Assembly (NCBI GenBank): GCA_964016885.1
Contig: OZ024743.1
Coordinates: 188,232,001-188,296,000, forward strand
Direction: 5' to 3'
Source: Eledone cirrhosa
Lineage: Eukaryota
DNA: 64,000 nt
Numbering within the stretch: the stretch's first letter is position 1; every line of letters starts with the position of its first letter. Under the pieces are notes generated by a model. It did not search any database. It saw only the letters and a program-made list of their open reading frames with translations, and had not been told where the DNA came from. The position numbers and the translations under genes were made by a program. Shown here piece after piece: positions 54,330 to 64,000 of this stretch.

Positions 54330-56330
54330 GGCCTGTTCATGGTTGTTTCTATTGTATTGAAGAAAATCTTCATAATATGTGTTAAGTAGTGCTATTTTCT
54401 GTCTGGTGCATATATGTTCTGCGATTTCTGTTATGTATCTATGTATTTTTTATCATTCCTAGAACACCTATTATTATAGGAGTTATTTAGGTTTTCATTA
54501 TCCACAATTCCTCTTCTTATATTGACCATCCATAAGAGTTTATTTCCTGCATACAAGTTTGTTTTCCACAAAATAATGCTAGACACCATTACATTAATAA
54601 CAGTCTGCTATCCCAAGCATTCTCAAACATTTCTATACTCATGAAGGTGGGACGCTGTCAAAGGTTTTCTTAAAGTCTATCCAAACCATGTATAAATTCT
54701 CGACATGTAGCATCTCATTCTGAAGCAAGTGATCATACACTTTTGCAGCAAAGATGCCAATCAAAAGCTTCAAAAGCAAATTGAAGGAGTAATCAGCATG
54801 AAGTTTCCAACCTACAGACCTTTCCTTTTATCCTTCATTATCAAGGTTGTTTTTTCTTCTACCATTTAACTTGGAACTTCTTGCTCTAAACAATGATTTA
54901 GGTGCTTCCCTAGCCTTGAATGAATACTGTTACATCTTTTCAACCAGAATACTAGGATCCCATTTGGTCCAGGAGAATTCCAGTTTGGCATATTCCTAAA
55001 TGTTTTTGAACGTCTTTCTTTGAAGTACTCTCCCATCCCTGTTTTGGTTCATCAGATAACTTATGCTCAGCTTCATTTATCCAACTTACATCTTTGTTAT
55101 GCTCTTTTGCAATTCCCCATAGATGTAACCAAAACTGTGTGGTTTCTTCAGAATAAAGTGCAACTTCTGCACCATTTTCCCTGCACCATTTTCCCCTAAA
55201 TAACATTTTCCGATTTGCTGAGAACAATCTGTTCTGATCGTATTGTTATTGTGTATTTCGCTGCTTCACTTCTTCCATTACGAAATTCGAACCTTTTAAA
55301 TTTACTTTATACCTCATACATATTCCTCGTTTCTTCTCCCCCTAGGCCTTCTACCATTTTCCTCTATGCTATGCAGTCATTTTACCTAGATCTATTCTGA
55401 GCTGAGTTATATCCCCTTCTAATCATATTGTCCACCAGGGTTCCTTATATTTCTTCATTTCAGTTTGCTTAATACCTACTTGCTCACCCACCAGAAACCC
55501 TGCAGTGCTAATTCACTTTTTAGACCATGCAATGACGTACTGATGTACATAGAAACCATTGGTTTCTGTGTACATCATTGCATGGTTTACTTTGGGTGTT
55601 TCAGTTGTTAAATGACTTCTTTCTATATTCCGAAGATTCAGTGGCATCTTATTGAATCCGTGATCATTAAACAATTCTCTCTATCTTTTGATAATCAATC
55701 TTATTTTTTGCTTTTCTTCATTTTCATTTTCACTTTCAATAGCTACATCATCAGTCACTTCATTTTTCCACTCTCTCTACATTTAGTAGTTCATCGTTTT
55801 TCCCTTATCAGTATTTTGGTGGGCTAATTTTTGCTTAGTTGATTCATTTTCTATGCCTCCCGCATTCACAACATCTAGGTTACATTCAGCATTAACATTC
55901 ATGCTTTGAACTTCAACTGCCAAGGCCTCTAATTCAACTCTTAGTGAGCCAATTACTCAACCAAATTTTCCCCTTATCTGTCCGATCAGATTGTTCACTT
56001 ATTTCAAACATTTCAAACCTTTTCCAATGTTGAAGCATCCATTCATCCACACCACGTCCTTCTCCTTCTTTTGCAAGAATGTGACACTTGATTGCTATTT
56101 TATTATTTCCTTTTCTGCATTTCCTTCTGTCTCCAGTTTCATTGTGTCATTTTACTTTTCTGTGGTTATAAATGTGTGGTTTATTTTGTGGTACAGCTGC
56201 ACGATGAAAATATGTGGACGTCTGTATCATCTGAGTTGAACTGTTAACTATTCCACTCCTGTCATAATTGTTCTGCCTGATGACTTCACCTCTGATTGTC
56301 TCCAAGGGACTCCCAACAATAGCAGTTTGA
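54330..56330 (-). mobile_element. Degraded R4/Dong-like non-LTR retrotransposon (N-terminal and RT part)
   Basis: QFWLHLWG..KEHN..SWI, MPNWNSPGPNG..WLKR (~54940-54993), NLYMVWIDFKKTFDSVP (~54645-54700). Boundaries approximate. Confidence 0.75.
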
Positions 56331-56369
56331 ATTCATATTTTTTTCATCATTATTTTCTTAAGATTTGAG

Positions 56370-56563
56370 GGTGGTGGATTGGCAGTATCGGTAAAGGGTT
56401 GGATGCCATGCTTTGATGCGTAGAGTTACGGCCCTTGCCATTCTGAGTTCAAATCCCACCGAGGTTAACTTTGCCTTTCATCCTTTATGGGGTCGATAAA
56501 ATAAAGAACCAGTAATACACTGGATAATTGCTAGCCTTGTGCCAAAAGCAGAAACAATTATTA
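56370..56563 (+). mobile_element. Family A SINE
   Basis: Full-length homologue of 58924-59117. Confidence 0.9.
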
Positions 56564-57789
56564 TGTCATCATCATCATCAACCCCACCACCATCATCATT
56601 ATCATCAGTATTATTAACACAGAAATATTGAGACATGAGATACTGTGAAGTTGTTATGTTTTCTAGCTTTTAGTTAGAAAGTTTTAACTTATATAAAACA
56701 TACATTTCCACTCAATCTTAGATTAGCCATTTGATAGATTTAATTCTATAGGTTTTAGCATCACCCACTTAACAAATATATTTTTACCTCACTAAAGTGA
56801 AATATATCGTAAACAAGAATCATTCCAAATTGAATCAGTTTAAAGTGTCTTTTTGTTTAGTTTTTCTTCTTGCAGTTTATTAATATTTTTCGTTTTTATG
56901 TATCTTTTATGAAATGTTCATATTTCAATTTTGGGATTTATATTTAGAATAGAATTCTGATTTGATGGCTACAATAAATTAATTGAACACCCTTAGGTAC
57001 ATCAGAGATTTTGAAGTCACACATACACGCACGCACAAAACAAAAATTAGATGTTGGAAGATTTTTGTGAGAAACTACCCTTAGGTTATACAAGAAGACT
57101 GAAGTAAAAATGTGATTAAAACCTTTTGTTGTTGGAGAAAAAAATTGTTTGAAGCAAAAATCTGAGACAAATGCCAGTCAAATTTGTGTAGTACATTACA
57201 GTACCTTGAAGAAGGAAAATCAAGTTCACTTGTTATTCAAGTACACTTGTTATTTTCTGTTATTTACTCCTTTGCTTTAGATGTCAATCACATCAAGTTT
57301 CCTTTTCTTTGATACATATTGAAATCTAATCTATTGTCTTCACAGTGCTGTGTTCCAACTTTTCTGACTATAAATATTTACAGAGCTTTGTGAGCTTCTC
57401 TTATATTTTATTTTATTCTATTTTGGGTATTTCATTTACTCCTGTGTTCAGCTAAGTTCTTTAAAATATCATTATGGTGTAAACATGATAAGAACTTTTG
57501 CAAAATCCAGTTTATTTTTTCTATCTATACTTTGAACATACTAGTATAAAGTATCTATGTATATATAACGGTTTCTCCTGTTTACTCTCTTTATTTCCGT
57601 TTTTTTTCTATTTGGACTAGCTTCTATTTTCTGTATCTATTCTTTGTGATCCTGTCTCTATTTTTGTACTCCTGAAGAAGGGCTAAAACTCAACACGTCA
57701 AACTTTCTCCCCCATTTTCCATATAAAGCATGAAACTAATAAGACTGTTTGTACCTCAGTTATGTCATCTCCTTGAACTATAAATATAT

Positions 57790-57822
<33 letters not shown>

Positions 57823-58923
57823 TTATATATATATATATCCCATTCTAGCATGGAAGATGGACATTAAACGATGATGATGATACATACAGGTTTGGGCACA
57901 AATGGTAGAAAAGTAATCAGTATAAAGTGGAATTTGAGAATATTTATTTTAACAGTTTGACACATTTGAAAGTTTCTTGTTTTTAAGCATCGTCCTTATT
58001 ATCTCATGTAACTATAATGTCAAATTACACATCATTCTAGTATTTCATCAACACTAGAGACGTTATATTCTTGACACATTGAAGAGTCCCCTCACCAACC
58101 TTTTGCATCGTTTCTACAGCTAGAAGCCCTTACCACTATCAACTGCTTTACAGGGTGTACAGGGTGTACTTTCTGTTGCTCCAGCACTATAAAGATTGTC
58201 GTTCATAAACTCTACTGAAATGCCCTCTCTACAATATGGGGGTGGGGTCAGTAAGATGAGAATAGGATAGGGAACGTAAGAAGTATATCATGGGTAATTG
58301 ATAAGAGGTGGGGAGGAGTGGCAGTTTGGATGTCAGGGTTCAATTAGAAATTTGGTGAGAGAGAGGGAGTTTAGAAAATATGGTATGTGTGTAAGACATG
58401 TTGATGAGAAGGTGAGGAGGGATGGGAGTGATCCTGGCTAGAATGGTTGGTGTAGTGATGATGGGGGTAGCGTTTAAGTAACAATGATTCTAAGTCTTTC
58501 TTCCATGCCTGGAATTTTGCCTCTAACTTTTTCATGGATTCAGCCATAAGGACTCGATCGACAGTAAACTACCACTTATCATTTGGTTGTTTTTATATTT
58601 CTCTATAATTGTTTTCCTGCCTTTTTTTCTTAGTTGGTTTGACTGGCTATCTCTCTATCATTATGTATTTATTTCAGTTTTTTTCTTCAGAATTTAAAAG
58701 GAAGTCACAGAAAAAAAGTCAGAAGAAAAATGTTACAGAAAGAATTTCAGGGAAACTTCAACAAATTATTGATTTAATGGTATGTTTGTTCATTCAATAT
58801 GTCATTGAAGATATTGAATAAAATGTGTAATATACTTGTAGAAATCGTGTTGTCAAGTCATAGATTTTCAGTTGATAAGTGACTTGAAATATTATTTGTT
58901 TAATTACTTTCATTATTTGTATT

Positions 58924-59117
58924 GGGCGGTGGATTGGCAGTATCGGTAGAGGGTCGGATGCCATGCTTTGACGTATAGAGTTACGGCCCTTGCCGTTCTG
59001 AGTTCAAATCCCGCCGAGGTTAACTTTGCCTTTCATCCTTACGGGGTCGATAAAATAAAGTACCAGTAATACACTGGGTAATTGCTGGCCTTGTGCCTAA
59101 AGTAGAAACAATTATTT
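58924..59117 (+). mobile_element. Family A SINE (CpG-intact, young)
   Basis: GGCGGTGGATTGGCAGTATCGGTAGAG...GAGTTCAAATCC...core. ATTATTTGTATT flanks both sides. Confidence 0.9.
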
Positions 59118-60299
59118 GTATTTGATGAAGTGTGAATTTTTGCAAGTGAAAAAATTGTGACTTTTTTCTGTCATTTTATTTCCATTCGCTGTATTTTATC
59201 ATTTCTAGTTCATCATATTCTTCTATTCCTTTTTTTATTAATGTGGTACATATACTGGTTCACCAAGATGAAGTCCTGCGGAGGACCAAGTTGCATAGCC
59301 TGCAGAAAATTGTGGCAAAACAAAGAGTGAGACTTGCAGAACATGTCTTTTGAATGCCAAATTTGAGTGACAAATAGCCAGACCAGCAATGATATGATTT
59401 CTACCAGAGTGGTGAAACAAAGGAGAAATAAAAAAGCAAAGAAGTTGATACTTTCAAAGAAGACTTAAAAGAGCTTATCATTACATGGGAACAGATGAGC
59501 CTCTAAGTACAGAACCAGAATGATTGATGACTTCTTGCTCCCTGATATACAAGATGACTGGAAAGAACTAAGTATTCGGTAAGAATAACATATGTTGGAT
59601 ATCAGATAATGTTGTTATGCATTTGTATTTCAAGTATGGGGGAAAATTAGGTGAGGAAATATATTAGCACTCATCCAACCATATTCAATAAATGAAATAA
59701 TAGTGGTTTAATTGTTGTTATTCTTGAGTAGCCTCTGTAATAACTGTTTCTAGCATTGGTATAAGGTCAGCAGTTTTTTGTGGGATAGAGAAATTGGTTT
59801 ATATCGACCTCAATGCCTGAGTGGTAAAAAAAATGTTCTTTACCTGGGTAAGATAAAGGTAAAATATTTGAATTCAGAAATTAAAGTACCAGACAAAATA
59901 CCTTAAATCATTTTTCATACACTCTGTTAATCCACTACCTGATAGCTTCTCTAATAATTCTTTCTAGCATTTGCACAAGACCAGCAATTTGGTAGAAGAG
60001 AAAGTTGATTATATCTACCAAAGTATTTAACTGGTACATTATTTTAAACAATTGGGAAATATGAATTTGAATTGGATGGAATTGCTTTACAAATACAATA
60101 TACAATTTGTTATGTAACAACATAGAAATAAATGAATAATTTCAAACTCCACACTGCTATAACCACTACCATCAACACAAAAGATATGAATTCAGATAGG
60201 AAAGAGTTGGAAAAAATACTACAAATCATTTTGTCCAATGCTCTAGCGATTTTTTCAGTTAATTTAAAATTTGTTTGATGACCATTCTTGCTTATATGA

Positions 60300-60725
60300 T
60301 TACCATGATATGTTTATGCAGGTGCAAAACGTAGAGTGCAAAGAACTGTAAAGCAAACCAATTAGATGCTTTTGACACCAAATGCCTATGCAAAATCCTG
60401 GGTATGAGATAGGATGATTTTATCACCAACAAAGAAGTCTGTCAACGAACCTAACAACATGTGTCTAACATCATATGCAATCAGCAACTTGGCAAGTTGG
60501 GACATGTTACATGGCTCCCAAGTGAGAGACATGCTAATCAGGTCCTGCATTGGTAACCTAATAGAAAAATACAAAGAGGATGTCCTAACATAAACTGGTG
60601 GCAGACAAGGGACTTGAAACTCGTCAGCAAAAATTGGAATGATATATTGACTTTGGTCATTGGAGCGCTTTGGCTGCCTAATGCATCTCAAGACACAGGA
60701 GCTTCTAAGTCTTAAAGCATGTTTA
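60300..60725 (+). pseudogene. RTE LINE C-terminal fragment
   Basis: LDAFDTKCLCKILG.R.DDFITNKEV...LGHV pattern with stops. Confidence 0.6.
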
Positions 60726-61574
60726 TTGTTGGACATATAATACTATTCATGTGTGAGTCTTATCAAACACTGAGTCTCTATTTTTAAAATGGCAAGCAGC
60801 TTCTTGGAGTAAATTCAAGAAATGATGATGAGGATGATGATGATATTTATAATGTTGGTGATAGGATTGATGAGGATGATAATGATGATAATGATAACAA
60901 TGATGATGATGATGATGATGATGATGAAAGATAGTAGCAATGTGTAATGTTTGAAGTTTCAGTTTTCATCACAATGTTGTTGTTGAGTTCAAATTCCATA
61001 TTGGATTTGTCATGCAAGTTTAATCCAAATTGGATTTCACAAATTAAATTTTAGTGACTAGTTTATAATTGATTTGAGAAGAAAGTCTGTTATAAGTGAC
61101 ATAGAAACAATCCTGTCACATCATCACCACGGAGACATGTACACTTGTTAGGTACCATGGTAACAGTCTTCTGATATTATAAATTTCACTATAACATGAT
61201 CTCTTCAAACAAAGACAGATTTGTTTAAGTGCTACCTTTTATCGATTGATTTAATGTTGTTTCTTTCAACCAGCAGTGAAAGGAGGGACACCGTTTGATG
61301 TTTCTTACTTCGAGGTTTGTTAGAAAATTATTCATTTCTAACTCAGTCTCAAAATTGATTTACAATTGCTATGGTTTCAGAAAGTTCTGTTGAAAATATT
61401 ATGAACTTGATGAGCTGTACGAGTGCTTCCACCCATTGAGAGACTTATTGTAGTATAAGAAATCCCTTTGTGGTTGATAAAAGCTCATGACCATTCTGTA
61501 CTTAAAAGGAAAATAATTATTAAAATTTAGAGATAAAATATGAAATACACACATGCACTCACAAATACATGTAG

Positions 61575-61605
<31 letters not shown>

Positions 61606-61790
61606 TAGTGTCCATTTTCCCAACTAACAAAGATAGAACAGGTTGTCATGGTTTGAGACTAACTGGTTGGAGAATCACCTCATGCCCATACATTCCATAT
61701 TTTGGCATGGCTTCTACTGCTGGCAACCCTTCCTAACATCAACCACTTTACAGAGTATACTTAATGCTTTTATTGTGGCATTAGCACTAC
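61575..61790 (-). mobile_element. Degraded family C element
   Basis: (CAT)n at the left end and a cccttcctaacatcaaccactttacag motif. Confidence 0.6.
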
Positions 61791-62662
61791 AAGTAACAAT
61801 TATTATTTTTAAAGTAGAAAAAAAAAGGAGAAACAATTATTTGGGGCATTTTATTATGGTACCTGCACGAGAGAGTTTATCATATTTTCATCAAACTAAC
61901 GAATCATCTCTACTCCAATTGTCTCCATTTGATTGCCAACCACTTTTTTAGTGACACCAACACAAGAGAGGTTCTCAGAAACTACAGAGGGTTCTTTATA
62001 CTCTATTTGTCATTTCAGAAAGGCTTCCTTCACATTTACTTTTAGCATTGCAGTGATTGTACTTGTGGGTGGGTCTTTTGTATTATGGCATATCGTTAGT
62101 CAGCTTGTGTTGTCCTGTTGGTTAAAACATAACCACAAAAACAAAAGTTACATTTTTTTAAAGAGACAGCAGAGTCAATTTTACTGTATTCCCGTGAATC
62201 ATGGTCAGTGATAATACCTATTACCAATGTTTTAGATGGTTGCTATACATAAATGCTAAGAAGGATAAAGAAACATCAATACTCTCAGCTGTGTTACAAA
62301 CAGAATTCTTTATGGCAACCTCACATCCATTAGCCATACCATCTCTATTAGCCATTTCCAACTTGCAGGTCATGACATGTGAGGCAACGAACCTGCTTCA
62401 AAACGTTTCTATGGGAGCTCACTGATGTGAAACACAATCATGGAAGACCTCTAAAGACATTAAAAAGTATCATTGTAGAAGAGACAGACTTGTCCTGTGA
62501 ATAACTGAAGCAGCTAAGGTTGAATCCTGTGAGATGAAATGGTTTAAATATGTCACCAAAAAGAAGTGGATGAATTTAGTAATTGTAATATATGTAGTGC
62601 ATGCTTTGCCAACATTTTATAATTTTCTGACAAGCCATTTAATTTGTTGATATGCTATAGAT

Positions 62663-62966
62663 CAGAGGCTCTCAACCGCCCCCCCCCCCCCCCTCATAGC
62701 CACATAATACCCTAAGCGCCTCCCAACCCTATTTCCAGACAGACCTACTTACACGCAAATTGTAAATAATATATAATAAATAAAATCATTAATTTATATA
62801 TAATGAATAATATAATATAGACTATAAATAAATATTGTACTTTTTAAAAATATAATATTAAATCATTTCTATCGCCCCACCAGCCCCTTAGGCCCCGGCG
62901 TGCCTTGGACGTTCTCAAAGCCCCGATGGGTAGGTAGGGTGCTAGTGCCCACTTTTAGAATCTCTA
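62663..62966. mobile_element. hAT (Charlie-like) MITE
   Basis: CAGAGGCTCTCAA ... TTTAGAATCTCTA imperfect TIRs. Exact 8-bp TSD CTATAGAT at 62655-62662 and 62967-62974. Confidence 0.75.
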
Positions 62967-63870
62967 CTATAGATTGATAGGGCTATAAAAAGAAGAGTCA
63001 CAACTCACAGCACTTTATATACTTTTTCTTATATGTCAAATATTTACTTGTTTTTAAGTTCTAAAATGTCATCACTGTTTTATCTTTACCTTTTTCCTGA
63101 TTTGGAAAATTACGATAAAGTTTGGAAAGTTAAGCATGAGTAAATTTAAATCTATGTCCTAAGTGAAAATGGAAACATTCTTACAATTGTATAATCTCTC
63201 CACACTGAAGAAACTGTAATAAATGAAAAACGATTGATCTTAAAATACTACTTGATGTGATTAAAGGACTATTAGCTAGTAGTGTATTGTTGTCATGATA
63301 CCCTACATGTTATTCAATAGTTTTTGTCTGTTCCATATCTGAATACTTATACTACTGAAATAAATGATCAAAGAACCATTTCAGTGGAAATCTTGTTCAC
63401 TAATGTTTGAAATTCTACTTTTATAATAACCATCTCTTTTGAAAAGAAAATCAAAGCATTATTTTCTCGGGATAAGTAAAGCTAACTTCTTTCTTTGCAC
63501 GAAATATAAACAGTAATGCATAATCTAATCAGCACAAATTCCCACCACAGCTGCAGATACAGAAAATATGTAAAAAAAAAAACAACAGTTAAAAAATGGT
63601 ACATGATAATATGGCATAAATTCTATTTTATATACATGTATGTAATAATAGCAACACTGTTATTATTATAAAATTTATATATATATATATATGTGTGTGT
63701 GTGTGCGTGTACATATATCATCAAAAGAGACATTAAGTGATGATGGTGATGGTTATATATATATATATATATATAGTAACAATAATAAATGCAAAGACTA
63801 CCCATTAAGGGTGAAAGCAGCGATTCTTTGCTTAAACTTTAATCTGTTATTTTAATTAATATATATATAT

Positions 63871-63919
<49 letters not shown>

Positions 63920-64000
63920 GGGGTAGAGAGAGAATATTTATTAAAATAACAGAATTTGAATTAAGCTTGTACATATCAAAAGTATGCTGCTTCCTCTCCT

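Overview
AT-rich, microsatellite-rich eukaryotic DNA. The repeat complement suggests a cephalopod (octopus-like) genome, which is an inference. The window is intronic or intergenic and made almost entirely of transposon debris. No intact host protein-coding gene, rRNA, tRNA gene or CRISPR array is supported. It holds fragments of RTE, CR1-like, L1/Tx1, R4/Dong-like and CRE non-LTR retrotransposons, Penelope-like elements (PLEs), tRNA-derived SINEs, piggyBac- and hAT-type MITEs, and one young non-coding LTR element. Highlights: (1) a near-identical 310-bp tandem array that folds back on itself, with a minimal type I hammerhead ribozyme in every full unit (retrozyme-like, 28816-30551); (2) two more PLE-type fold-back structures with divergent hammerheads, one carrying a U3-A8 compensatory core; (3) an LTR element whose tRNA-Trp primer-binding site runs about 32 nt into the tRNA, with a mismatch exactly opposite A58, followed by a second LTR-end/PBS copy; (4) an RTE LINE with a twin-priming-type 5' inversion.
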